DNA of 64,000 nucleotides, from contig OX442314.1 in NCBI GenBank assembly GCA_949358305.1, forward strand, positions 3,348,001 through 3,412,000, given 5' to 3'. This DNA comes from Strigamia acuminata. Taxonomy: Eukaryota. Both the position numbers and the translations under genes were made by a program. Positions 47,197-61,100 of the stretch are shown piece by piece. Under the pieces are notes generated by a model. It was not told the DNA's origin and made no database searches. It was given only the letters and a program-made list of their open reading frames with translations. The first letter of the stretch is position 1. Each line of letters begins with the position of its first letter.

Positions 47197-47629
47197 GTTT
47201 AGTGAAATGTTATTATTATTGTAAATTAAATTTTGGAATGTTTGGAAATAAAATAAATGATTTAAAATTAAAATCGTTGGTTTATTGGATTAAGTACACG
47301 AAAAATTATTACAGTGGAGTGTTTCAAATAAATAAATAAATAAATAGTATTCAAGTAGCTTTGAAGTAGGCCTAAATAAAATGTTGGTCATTTCTTCTAA
47401 CGACAGGACCGAACCTCGTGTCAAGTTTGCACATCCGTCTAGGTAAAGGACGGAACTCGCTTGCACGTGGGCGACGTTGCGACCCCAAGCTGCATTGCAG
47501 TTGTTTTTCACTTTTCTCGGCCAAAATGAAATAGAATTTGGGATTTAGACTTTGCAATTGTGTCTATCAGGTCATATCATTTTTATTAATTACGTATTTA
47601 AATTTTTATTTTTTATTTTTTTTGTAGTC

Positions 47630-50600
47630 ATGTTTTGTTTGAAGAAGTTGGGATTGATCTTGTGGAAGAATTGGCTTTTCCGACGCCGACACTATGTTAT
47701 GACGGCTCTGGAAATCATTTTACCGTCGCTGTTTGCGGCTTCGTTGTATTTGATGGCGCTGATGCGCTGGACGGGAGGCGAGGCCGCGCGCACCGTGTAT
47801 CAATCGAATTTCACCCGATTCAAACCGTTCGATTTGGCCCTAACGGACCCCGACGTTTTGAGATTCTATTCGCGGGACAAAAGTTATTTCTTATATTACC
47901 CCAACACGAGCGCCGCCTTGGACCTGCTCACGTACATCAATAGTTACACGGACACGAAATGTATAAATTTATTTAAATTCTTAAAAAAAATTGATCGAAT
48001 TTTTATTTTTTATTTATTTTTAATTTTGCCAAGTGGTGTTCGAGGGAGTTGCAAACGAAAGCGACATCGATGCTACGACGATGAATTGGAATTTCCACGA
48101 GAAGGAGATAATCGGCGCGGTCGTGTTCGAAGGACTGAGCGAACGAGGCGATTTATTCGCCGACAGATTGAAGTACAAAATTCGTCTCGACTCGGTGTGG
48201 TTCACCGACGAAATCGAGTTGATACAGGATCGAAAAGGACCGCCGATGGGAAATAGTAAAAATGATAAAAACGATGAAAAATTAATTATTATACGAGAAA
48301 TTTTACAGTTTACACCACTCGAATCACGTTCATATGTATACAACACGCCATTGCCGTCCGAGCGATCGAGAGAAAAACAAACCAAACTGATTTATTCGCA
48401 AATTACAAAGTATGATGGAAAAAGAAGAAAATAAATTTATTTTTAAATTTTATTTTACGTTTTTATAGGTGTCGACGGTACCGTTTCCTTATCCCCCGTA
48501 TTACAACGACGACGAATTCTCCATGATACTCAAAATCTTACTTCCGCTTTATATAACGTTGAGTTTCATATTCACGGCTCCGATAACCGTCCGGCGCATC
48601 GTCAGAGAGAAAGAAATTGGAATTAAGGAGTTGATGAAGTTGATGGGCATTCCGGCTTGGGTGCAGTGGTTCGGTTGGTTCGTTTCGTCTTTCATCATCA
48701 TGGCGACGAGCGCAGTGATCATCGTTGCATTTCTGTGTATTAGACCGGATGAGGAGACCATCGCGGTGTTGCAAAACTCGGCTTCCGAGTTGGTGTACAT
48801 CATTTTTCTGTTCTATATCGCTAGTGCGATCTGTTTTTCTTTTTTCATCTCGTCGCTGTTTACCAAACGTGAGTTATCGACGATAACTAATCGTAAAGCT
48901 CCGACTAAAAGCTTGAGTGTTTAATCTTATTTGAGACTCAACTCCCAGGTGGTTTTTTGAGCTGGTTGTTTGATAAAAAATCTCTAATTTTTCACAAAAA
49001 TTAGAGATTTTTTACAAAAATTAGAGATTTTTTACAAAAATTAGAGATTTTTTACAAAAATTAGAGATTTTTTACAAAAATTAGAGAGTTTTTACAAAAA
49101 TTAGAGATTTTTTACAAAAATTAGAGATTTTTTACAAAAATTAGAGATTTTTTACAAAAATTAGAGATTTTTTACAAAAATTAGAGATTTTTTACAAAAA
49201 TTAGAGATTTTTTACAAAAATTAGAGATTTTTTACAAAAATTAGAGATTTTTTTTACAAAAATTAGAGATTTTTTTTACAAAAATTAGAGATTTTTTACA
49301 AAATTTAGAGATTTTTTACAAAAATTAGAGATTTTTTACAAAAATTAGAGATTTTTTACAAAAATTAGAGAGTTTTTACAAAAATTAGAGATTTTTTACA
49401 AAAATTAGAGATTTTTTACAAAAATTAGAGATTTTTTACAAAAATTAGAGAGTTTTTACAAAAATTAGAGATTTTTTACAAAAATTAGAGATTTTTTACA
49501 AAAATTAGAGATTTTTTACAAAAATTAGAGATTTTTTACAAAAATTAGAGATTTTTTACAAAAATTAGAGATTTTTTACAAAAATTAGAGATTTTTTACA
49601 AAAATTAGAGATTTTTTACAAAAATTAGAGATTTTTTTTACAAAAATTAGAGATTTTCTACAAAAATTAGAGATTTTTTACAAAAATTAGAGATTTTTTA
49701 CAAAAATTAGAGATTTTTTACAAAAATTAGAGATTTTTTACAAAAATTAGAGATTTTTTACAAAAAGTAGAGATTTTTTACAAAAATTAGAGATTTTTTA
49801 CAAAAATTAGAGATTTTTTACAAAAATTAGAGATTTTTTACAAAAATTAGAGATTTTTTACAAAAATTAGAGATTTTTTACAAAAATTAGAGATTTTTTT
49901 TACAAAAATTAGAGATTTTTTTTACAAAAATTAGAGATTTTTTACAAAAATTAGAGATTTTTTACAAAAATTAGAGATTTTTTACAAAAATTAGAGATTT
50001 TTTACAAAAAATAGAGATTTTTTACAAAAATTAGAGATTTTTTACAAAAATTAGAGATTTTTTACAAAAATTAGAGATTTTTTACAAAAATTAGAGATTT
50101 TTTACAAAAATTAGAGATTTTTTACAAAAATTAGAGATTTTTTACAAAAATTAGAGATTTTTTACAAAAATTAGAGATTTTTTACAAAAATTAGAGATTT
50201 TTTACAAAAATTAGAGATTTTTTACAAAAATTAGAGATTTTTTACAAAAATTAGAGATTTTTTACAAAAATTAGAGATTTTTTACAAAAATTAGAGATTT
50301 TTTTTACAAAAATTAGAGATTTTCTACAAAAATTAGAGATTTTTTACAAAAATTAGAGATTTTTTACAAAAATTAGAGATTTTTTTTACAAAAATTAGAG
50401 ATTTTCTACAAAAATTAGAGATTTTTTACAAAAATTTGGGGTTTTTTTTTGCAAAAATTAGAGATTTTTTTACAAAAATTAGAGATTTTTTTACAAAGAT
50501 TAGAGATTTTTTTACAAAAATTAGAGATTTTTTTACAAAAATTAGAGATTTTTTACAAAAATTAGAGATTTTTTACAAAAATTAGAGATTTTTTACAAAA

Positions 50601-53057
50601 ATTTGGGGTTTTTTTTTGCAAAAATTAGAGATTTTTTTACAAAAATTAGAGATTTTTTTACAAAGATTAGAGATTTTTTTACAAAAATTAGAGATTTTTT
50701 ACAAAAATTAGAGATTTTTTACAAAAATTAGAGATTTTTTACAAAAATTAGAGATTTTTCACAAAATTTGGCGAATTTTCAGAAAACAGCTGATTTGAGC
50801 ACTTAAACAGGCGCAGGCGACAAGCCTGATGTTTAATTTTAATATGAATTTTAATTTTACTTTTCCAGCCACCTTGGCAGCGGGCATCACCGTTCTCGTT
50901 TGGATCCTGTCGTTCTGTGTGCCCTACTACTCCATTTTCGAGAAATACCGATCGCTGCGCTCTTCCCAAAAACTTTCCCTCGCTTTACTACCCAACATGG
51001 CGATCGCGTGGGCGCTGTCGATCGTCGCCGAATACGAAGCGCAAGGCGAAGGAATCCGATGGTACAATCTAAACTCTCCGACCAGAGGCGACAACATCTC
51101 GATTCTGCAGGTTTTAACGCTCATGCTATTCGACTCGTTCCTCTATGTCGCGTTAACCTGGTACGTGGACAACGTGTTCCCGGGCGCATACGGCATCCCG
51201 AAACCCTTCTATTTTTTATTCACGGTCAATTATTCTAACGCTAATAATTTTATATACATTTTTAATGTTTAGTTTTAATTTTTTTTTATAGAAATCTTAT
51301 TGGAAACGAGGGAAATTCGCGGAATATGGAAATTGCGCGAACGAGGCGATGACGGCAAATAACAAAGACAAATTCGAAGAGGAACCGGTCGGATTGTCGC
51401 CTTGCATCGCAATTCGAAATTTATCCAAAGTAATTGCTGATAATTAGTGTCGCCATGTGGTAAAGGTTCATTGTACACAGGCGTATGGTTTGAAATCTGG
51501 CGCATTGGCCGTCGACAACTTGAGCTTGAACATCTACGAAGGCCAAATCACGGCGTTGCTCGGGCACAACGGTGCGGGCAAGACCACCACAATGTCCATT
51601 TTGACCGGTAATATATCTACAAAAAAATTATTTAATTAACGTTTCTGGTGTAGTTTTTTCCACTCTTTCGTTTGGTGTTTAGTTTTTGACGATGCGAGCT
51701 TTCGTTCTCCAGATATTTGCGTTTTTCATTAATTTTTGTCCAAATTTGCACTGTTATAAATATATATTTAATTTAAATGTGTACATGTTTTTTATAGATT
51801 GATTTTAAATTTTTTTTTGGGTTAATTTTTTAATTTTTTATTATTTCAGGAATGTTTCCACCGTCAAAAGGAACCGCATTCGTCAACGGGTACGACATCC
51901 GCACCGAAGTCGACCGGGCCAGACAAGATTTGGGGCTTTGTCCTCAATTTAATATGCTTTTTGACAGACTCACTGTCGAAGAACATTTGATATTTTTTGG
52001 AAAAGTACAAAAACACGCTCGAGCACTAAAGAGCGGATCTTTATGCAGAAAAAAATATAAAAATATGCAAAATAAAAGAATTCGTACGAGTGAAATCAAG
52101 TGTTGCAGAGTTATAAACACTGCTACTATTACTAATTTGATACAAATAAATGCGAAATACACATTTTTTTTCTGGAAAAATGAAGATTTATGCATTTATT
52201 TCGGCTATTTAAGCAAAAAAATATTTTTTTATGCATCTATGCGTTCATTATGATACAAAGTTAAAATTATATTTTTTATTTTATTTTTTTCAAGTTAAAA
52301 GTGAATTGTCCGAAAGAATTGGACACACAAGTCAAGGAACTCATGCACAAATTGCAAATCTCCGACAAGAAAAACACGTTTGCCATGGATCTGTCCGGTG
52401 GAATGAAGAGAAAACTAAACTTGGGCATCGCTTTAATTGGTGGACCAAAAGTAAGAAACAAAATGTAAAATTCAAAATTCAAAAATTTAAAATTTAAAAT
52501 TCAAATACTTATAATTTAAAAACGATTTTTTCCTAGGTAGTAATGTTGGACGAACCGACTTCCGGAATGGACCCGGAAGCCCGCCGATCCATTTGGGATT
52601 TGCTACAAGAATACAGAACGAATCGATGCATTTTGCTCAGCACTCATTTCATGGAGGAAGCCGACATTTTGGGCGACAGAATCGCCATCATGGCCAACGG
52701 ACAAGTCGAATGTTGCGGCTCTCCTTTATTTCTGAAAAAACAATACGGTAAATCAAAATAAATCGATTCATTTCTCGACAAACTAACAACTATTCTATTT
52801 AATTCAGGTGCTGGTTACCATTTGACAGTGTGTCTGCAAGATGATTCGCGGGCGAATGAAATCACCGACACGGTCAACACTCACATCGCCGGTGTCATTT
52901 TGGAAACGAGTCGCGAATGCGAATTGTCCTACAATTTACCTTCGGCCGACACTGGCCACTTTCCTCGTTTATTCGACAATTTAGAGACAAATTCCGACGC
53001 TCTACGAATAAAAAGTTTTGGATTATCCGTCACAACGATGGAGGAAGTGTTTTTAAA
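47630..53057 (+). CDS. ABC transporter subfamily A (ABCA3-like), N-terminal half; presumably continues beyond the Gypsy insertion/window
   Basis: [99 protein letters not shown] over ~11 exons. Confidence 0.93.
48992..50765. repeat. 20-bp minisatellite (AAAAATTAGAGATTTTTTAC) x ~87 in an ABCA intron
   Basis: Directly visible; variation in T-run length. Confidence 0.99.
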
Positions 53058-53090
53058 GTAAAAATTAATAGATTACATTTTATTTAATTA

Positions 53091-53376
53091 CAGTAGAGCA
53101 ACGATTATTCCAACTAATTGGGAGACATAGAACCGATTTGTTTGCATAATCGAACATTAGGTTTATACATATACTATACAGCATATGCTAATAAGGTGTC
53201 ATTAAAACGTAGTTAAAAAACGGTTTTTATTCATTTTTGGTCTGACCAAAAATGGATAAAAATTGTCAACAACATTAAGAACCGATTACAAATATGATCG
53301 ATAAAAAAATCACTTACCGCTATCCGGATAACCAATCGTTCGTAAAATTAGTGTTCTGCTAATTGATGCTCTACTG
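53091..53376. mobile_element. Tc1/mariner/pogo-type MITE
   Basis: TA|CAGTAGAGCA ... TGCTCTACTG|TA. Confidence 0.7.
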
Positions 53377-54268
53377 TAAATTAAATAGCGTATGCAGGGT
53401 GTGTCGCGTCCTACTTGGTATAGGTTTAAATAGCGCTAACGTGTAATACTTTACCTGTGATCAATTATGTAAATACCCAAATGAATACCAAATGTATGTA
53501 AATAAACAGGTAATTTATTCACCAGGCTTTATGCCTTTAAAATACACTCAGTAATAATTCTAGAGTCGACGTGGTCAGCGTCGAACAAAGGATTTCTCAA
53601 GATGGCGTCTTCGATTCCGCGTGGTCGGCGGAACAAAGGCGGCGTCTCGAGTTGTCGTTAATTCGTCACGGATTCGTCTTCACGGACGCGGTGGAATGCT
53701 CTTTCGAGTCTTCTATCCGTGCCTGTTGTCTAGGGTTTGTTTAGCGTCGCAGAGGCCTCGTCTAGGAACTTTGGGGTTCCCTACAAAGCACTCGGACACT
53801 TACTTCGGCGAATAATCGTCTGGGCGATTATTCTGGGTGATTTCACAAGGGCTATTCTCGTGCTTTCGCAGGAATAGCTCGCAAATGACTTCGTGAGAGT
53901 TACAGTTTGCACTTTACTCAGCGATCCTCGATCAATCCTAACTTGTAGTTGAAGTTGGCCTGACGGTGAGGTAGTTGCTGTGTTCTTGGTGTCGTTTGTG
54001 TAAGTTCTGTCTTTAGGCGGGAAACACAGCCTTTTATGCAGTGGGGTGAAGGGCCGGCGATCAACCAATGGGGGCTGACCACCAGCCGCTTCCTCCCCCT
54101 CGGGGCACACACCTGCCATGGGGAGGTGGAGCCAACTCGGGGGGGAACGACTCTTTAATCATAGTGACTCATAGGACAAGTATCCGCCCTGGGGGGACAC
54201 TTATCCAACTGGGTCACCACACGTCCCTCCTCCAGCTTCGATCTCGGATCGGAGCGATCTCAATTTTC

Positions 54269-57200
54269 TCATCGCTCTCCTCTGCGAAGAGCCGGCAGCA
54301 CTCCTCTGCATGGGCGGAGGATCACGGGTGGCACTGCCGGTGGCGGCGGTGGTAAATCCGGGGGCAGAGAGGTTGTCAGATCCGCAGGATTTTGTCGCTC
54401 GTTGATGAAGTACTGCGGGTGACTGCCGGCTGGCTCGCCAACCAACCCCGTACGCTCATGGATCCAAATCCGGGTAGACGCGGGGAATCGATCGGGGACG
54501 AGTCGGATCCTTCGCGACTCGGCGCTCGATCCGGGTTTCCTGTGGGCCCGTAGGATACGGCGATGGAAGACGGCGTCCATGGTGGATCGGGCTTCTCTGT
54601 TTAGCCATTTGAGGATTGATTCGCCGTGATCGTCGGAGTCAATGATGCGTTGTCGCGTGAACTCCGACATCTGAAGGAAGGGGTATTCCACTCCCAGCCT
54701 CAAATAAAGCTGCGCTGCTGGGGGCGGCGGAGGCGATGGTGGGAGCGGAATCTCCATTGGGCTCTCCAACGGTGGCGTAGCCGGCTCTGCAGAGAGAGCG
54801 GCCAGCCCTGCCGCTGGTGGTGAAGGAGAGGGCAGCGGAGGAGTTCGGGGTCCTCGCTTGGAACGCTTCGGAATCAATATGGGTCGATTCGCGTGTCGCT
54901 TCTCCTTCGGGAATACCGGCTTTGGGGTCGGTATGTATGGTTGGACCGCCGCCTCTGGGGGGGCGGTCTCGATGGCCTGTGGAAGGCTCGCCGCCGTTCC
55001 CGGTATCTCCGGAACCTCCCGAATTGTTCGCAACAAGGAAGGGTGGACTCCGGGGTTCCGGTAGCGGAATGCCAACGAACGCATCTTTGAAAACTGTAGG
55101 CCTGGGTTTTCCGTATTTCTGGCCAGGTCGAAGCGCAGCGAGGCGGGCTCAGGAGTCCATCCGGCCCATACCTGGTACAACGCCCGAGGAAGGTGAACTC
55201 CCTCACGGTCGACGATTGTCCAGGCCGCCATAGCTTGCCGACTGTCCAAGAAGACGCCCAGGGATAGCAGCTGGGCCAGTACGTTCGTCACAGCCAAATT
55301 CAAACTGCTCCGATGGCAGGGGTGAGCGCGGTCCGGATTGTCACTGAATTGCTGTGACAACGTCCGCATCTGTTCGATCGCCCAGTTGATGTGGTGAGTT
55401 TGGGCGGCGTCGGCCTGTCGTATGGCCAACTCGGCAATCGCGGGGTTCTCGTATTCGGCCAGATATTCTTGTAACTCGCTGAGTGGGGGATAGGCCGCTT
55501 CACGCCGGCATCGAGCGTCCATCTCTCGCTGGGCGTACCATTCGGCGTTGCGATAAGGTCGACACACTCGTGGCGTTGGGGGTGACGGTGGACGGCCCAG
55601 CCCGGGTAGATTATCGTATCTGACCCGCTTCGGAGCTGGATCCCCCACCGGAATCATCCGGGGAGGGGTCCAAGCGGTCACGGCTGGGTTTGTACCCTCG
55701 AGGAGTGGCGGCCATCGCGATTGCACTTGTGGGGGCACAAGCGCGGTGGGCACAGCCGGTGTTGAGCCCGACGGCCGGTTGGCCGCGTATCCTCGGAAGG
55801 CGTTCTTCAATGCTACGGCCAGATCCTGTTTTGTAACCGGCCCATCTTTGTCCGACTCATCTGGGGACATTTGCTCTTCCGTCAACTCTCCCAAATCAAT
55901 CTCTGCTTGGCGCCTGGACGGTCCAGCCGTGGGTCCGAGACTCTGGGGTTCGGACCGTTTCGCGGCGGCCATCTCTCGCTCCTTCTCTAATCCCTTAGCT
56001 ATCAGGGATTGTGCTCGCAACTTCTGACGTACTTTGCGCTTTCGATTCCTCCGGGTGCTGGCTGCGACGGATCTTCGTTGGGCCGTCCTCTGGGGGACGT
56101 CCGTCGGAGAATTCGGTCTCTGGTGTGATGAGACGGTTCGTCGCGACGAGGATTGATCTGACGACTGTGTGGTAATCGCCATGAACAACGAGGATCTTTT
56201 CTTTCCTCGATCTTGGTGTGTCTCGGTCCTCGCAGCCCAGTGGGCGGAAGATTCGACTGTTCGCTCAGCCCGCGCGTCGTCTGGCGAGGCAGGCTCGAGC
56301 GTTACTACTCGGCGACACTCCGAGCGCACGACAACTCGAGTTCGGGAACTGGAGCTGCTCGAGCGGCTGCGGTAGTCGCGGCTCGTTGACGGGCCGGCCT
56401 CTATTGGGGAGACGGCCTGTCTTCTTCGTGCGGGTCCGCGTGGGGCGGACTCCGCCGGACGCTTCGATCTTCTGTGATGGCGGCGACTTCCCAGGATACC
56501 AGCGTGGTATAACTGCCACATCTCAGACTGCGTGGCCGTAAAATTCGCCGGCGGTATCCATCTGGGTGTCAGATGATTTTCTTCGATGTCGCGAAGCCAT
56601 CTACGGATTTCTTCGGGGGAGAAACCGTTTCTCTCGAGAACTCGGGTTACTCCGTGAGTCTCGGTGCGCTTTAAGCGTTTGATCTCGTCGTCCACTATTC
56701 TCTGGCGGGCTGCCAAGGTCGGGGCCTCGCTCCACCTATGGGAGGTGTGCAGCTCGGCCACCGTGCCTGGGTAAGCCTCTTCCAGGTACCCGGAGTAAAC
56801 GGGGCTCGGCGGATCCGCATCGGGTGGGATCCGCGGCCCCACTCGCTCCCTCATCTCCTTCGTCATGCACTCGACCAGCGTTTTTGATCGCTCGAATTTT
56901 TCCTCGAGGGTCCTGGAATACATCAATCGGATTTTCCAGGCGCTGGTCTCTGCAGGATAGGCCTGCCGCAGGTAAATCGGCAGGGCTCCGCGAAAGATGT
57001 TGTTGGCGGTTGACGCCGTCGGAGGCAGGGCGTCCCACGATTCTAGCGGGTCGACCTGAATAATTTTAGATCACAAGATTAATATAATAAATCCCAGTTA
57101 ACGATGGGGATCAGAAATATGCTCAAGATCGACGGTGGCAGCAACTCCTTTCTTTTGTTGCGGCCGTCGGTCTTATTTTCTTGTTTCGCAGTTCTGCGAT

Positions 57201-57733
57201 GATCTCCGCCGTCGTAGCGCTGATCCAACACTACTTTTGAACTCAGGTGATCCGCTTTTTTGGAAGGGGTCGCAGGCAAAACCGATCGTTAAATTTTAAT
57301 TTCTTACGTTAAACTTTTTTATTTTAACTCTAATCGTATTTTAATTTATTACGATGTTTAAATTTAAAAGAAAGAAAACCTTTAGTTTTGGTTTTGGTTT
57401 GCCACGACGCCATTCCGCGAACACTTCCTTTGTTCTAGTTTTTTGGCGGCCTTGACTCCGAGGTGAATCTGGGTCCACTCTCGGGTTTTTAGCCAGCCTT
57501 AAATCAACAATAAAACAGAAAGAAATATATCAGTCACAAGTCACGCTCCAATCTGGGTTGGATGCAACAGATTCAAAGAATTATGTGATTTCTCTGGGGA
57601 AATCACACTAATTTACCTGCAACGGCGGTTGTTCGTCCCAATTCTCATCTTCTTCTGCATTTACGATTAGGCCGTCGCTCTCGTCTCTCGACGATGCGCT
57701 CGGCTCTAATCGTGGGTTGCGTCGATCGGCCAT
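54269..57733 (-). CDS. ORF3 of unknown function, predicted 2 exons (57733-57617, 57055-54269), ~967 aa
   Basis: 885-aa track ORF extends 43 codons upstream to TTATTCAG| acceptor; upstream ATG exon ends CAG|GTAAAT, phase 0, in frame. Confidence 0.75.
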
Positions 57734-58113
57734 TTCAATTTAGGAAAGAGAAGTTTTTGTTTGAGAGGTCTTTGTTTTCTCTTTGGGGAGAAGCAAAAAA
57801 CACGTCTCGTCGTGTTAAAAACAGTCGGAAACTGGGCCTATCGACGCTGAGAATTGTGGGTCTCGAACGCGTCTCGTATTTTGCGAGATCCGCCGTGCTG
57901 GCAATGACGCTACGGGGTCGACCGCGTGGTTTCGTTGTCACGTGGTCGCCCGATACGTCATAACTTCTCGTCTGTTAGTGGTGACTGCGACAATTCGTTG
58001 CGAAGTTTGGACTTAGCCAAATTTTCGCGTCTCAACATGTGCAGCAGCTCTCGTAAGTAAATCTTTTTATTTTACAAGGCCTCCGCTCCATGTTATCACA
58101 TTTTCTTTTATTT

Positions 58114-61100
58114 TTAGTTCTTCCCCACGACTTTGCCGTCCCGAATGAACGAATTATTGCTTCGTCGTGGTCGAAGGTTGATTTTCGACGTGCTCGTAGA
58201 TCGTGACTCTACTTGCTCGTTCATCTCCGATGTGTTGGCATTTTTCTCATTATTAATTTTTTTATTTTCCATTTCAGAAGTACATTCTTCTGCTTCCTCC
58301 CTCTCCGAAATTGCTTGCTCCGGCTGAGCTGGAGCCTCGTCGGCTGGGGATTCGGCGTCGAAGAATTCATCCTCGCTCTCCGCTATATTTTCAGCTTCAT
58401 TTGTTTTTTGGAACGTGTCGACCACGGTGCCCCCTTGGCCGCTGTGTGTCTGACCTTCCAGCCAAATTTCCTGTGGAAATTCTGGCAGATATGGCCTTAA
58501 ATCTCGGCCATGTATCGACTGAAAATTTTTGTTGTCCTCTAGGCGGCGTAGTTGGTATGCGTTGCCTCCGTGTTCGGCCACAATTACGTAGGGACCGTCC
58601 CTCTTGTCGGCTAAACCGGCGGCGATGCCCCTCGCTGCATTGGACAACGTGTGTGCCTCCTTCCACACTAGATCATTCACTTTAAAGTTCGCGAAAGCGA
58701 GATCGCCTTCTTTATCTGCGATTCTCTCTCTCATGTTGAAAATATGCGCCATCATATGCTGGTACGTGTCGGATATAGTCTGTTCCAACCGGCACACGTA
58801 CTCATGTGGGCTCGACGGGTCTAATACGTTAACAGCTTCGGCAACGCGTGGGTCCCATGGCATCCTTAATTCGCGGGCGAAGTTGAGGTACGCCGGTGAG
58901 AATTCGCGTGTTCGTGACACGGTTGAGCGAATGCTGAAAGCGATTTCTCGCAGGTATTCGTCCCATCGGTTGTGAATGTCGGTGAATACTGTCAGCGCAT
59001 ATTTTATATCTTTATTTAATCTCTCGACTGGGTTTGTCTGAGGATTATATGTGGAGGTGTTCGATGCATCCATTTTAAATTTCCTACAGAAGTCCTTATA
59101 TATTCTTGATCGGAATTGGGGGCCGTTATCCGAAATGAGTTTTCTGGGAAACCCAAATCGCATTGCCACGTCGTAAAGGCACTCGACTATGTTTTCAGCC
59201 GAGGGCTTCGCGAGGGCGTACAGCTCCGGCCATCGGGTGGCCACGTCCATAATTACGAGAATATACATGTTCTTGTTTCCCGTTGTGGGCTTGGGGCCCA
59301 TCAAGTCTATGCTTAAGCAGTCAAACGGTGCGTAGGGTCCGAGAGACATGGCGTTTCTGGCCACTTTATCTCGCGGTCTGCACGCTTGGCACCGGGGGCA
59401 GTGTCGGATAAATTTCGTTATCCTTTGCCGCGCGCCCGGCCAGAAGAAAAGTTGTTTTACTCGATAAAGGGTCCTCGCCACGCCAGAATGGCTGGCGAGC
59501 GGGTGTCCGTGCATCAGCCACAACAGTCGGGTGTGCAGCGATGCCGGCACGACCACTTTAACCGAGTTTCCCGCTCCGCTGAGGTCATCTTGAAACGTCG
59601 GGTGGTATTTTACCAGGAGTTCATCATCTATGAGGTAGCTTGTTGCTTCTTTGACGAACTGTTTCCGGCGGTGTGGGTTTGTCATCCCTTCCGGAAATTC
59701 GCCGTTCAGCAAATATTGCGTTATAATTTGACATTTTGTGTCTGCTGCCTGGTGTTCGACGAACTCACGTCTCGTGGGTGGAGCGTATTGTGTTTTTTCT
59801 TCAATTTTTGCTGTGAAGGCGCGTAGTAGTGTTTTGTGGGTTTCTCCGGGGGGCGGAGATTGAATTTCGGATGTTGAATTGTTTGTCCCAGCTGGCTGGT
59901 ATGTTCGAGTCCAAAAACCACAAAACGTTCTATCTTCAGGCTCCATCACTGGTAGCTCGTTCGCCTTTCGCAAACGCCATATTCTCCGTGGAGTCGGGCA
60001 GTACAAGAGGTGGGTGTCGTCCTCGCCGTCGTCGTCTGGTCCTTGGGGGTCAGAGGCTGGGGCTCTCGAGAGGGCGTCGGCCACATGATTGTACTTCCCG
60101 GGGCGGTACGTAATTGTTATATCGCACGCCATTAACTCCAGTTGCCATCGTGCGAGTCGGCCGGAGGGTTCCTTGAGCTTCATCAACCAGCTTAGTGCCT
60201 GGTGATCTGTCTGAACCTCGAAGTTCGTGTACTCCAGATAGTCGCGAAATTTCCGAACTGCCCAAATTACGGCTAGGCATTCTAGTTCCGTTGCCGTATA
60301 ATTTTTCTCCGCGCCCTGTATTTTTCTGCTTATAAACATACAGGGTACTTCTTGCGAGATTCCGTTGTACACGTGGGTCTGCAGAAGGGCTGCACCCAGT
60401 CCGATTTTACTCGCGTCGGTGTGCAACACGAACGGTCGGTTTAGGTCCGGCAATGGCATCTTTTCGACGTCAGCCAGCATTTGCTTGATAGTGCTAAATG
60501 CGGCCTCGCACTGGACCGTCCACTCAAACTCTTTATCCGTTCGTAAGAGATCCGTTATAGGCGCGGCCACTTCAGCCAGACCAGAGAGTAGTCGGCCGAA
60601 GAAATTGACCATGCCCATGAATCTCTGGACACCTTTTATATCTTCGGGGGCGGGGAATCCGTTTATTGCTTTGACTTTTTCGGGGTCAATCGCGATTCCC
60701 TCGACTCCTATTCGATATCCTAGGAAGGCAAGCTCTTTCCTGCAAAACTTGCTCTTCCCTGGATGGATGTGGAGTCCTGCCTTGGCTAGGCGAGAGACCA
60801 CTCTATCGATGTGGTCTATGTGTTCTTCGAATGTGTCCGACGTTATTATGATGTCGTCGAGATACGCCCACACGAAGTCGTGCAGCATATCTCCCAACAC
60901 GCTTTCGATCAGTTTCTGGAACGTGCTCGGGGCGTTTACAAGCCCGAACGGCATCACGTTGAACATTAGTCTTCCTATCGGGGAGTAGAAAGCCGTTTTT
61001 AGTTTGTCTTCGGGTTTTAGCTCCACTTGCCAATACCCCTTTGACAGGTCCATGGTGGTTACCCACTTGAACGGGCTCAGTTCCCGGAGGATCGAGTCTA

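Noticed and set aside
54269..56926. ORF3 as an envelope glycoprotein
   Set aside because: No signal peptide or transmembrane helix is visible, few cysteines, and composition is basic and proline-rich; kept as unknown instead.
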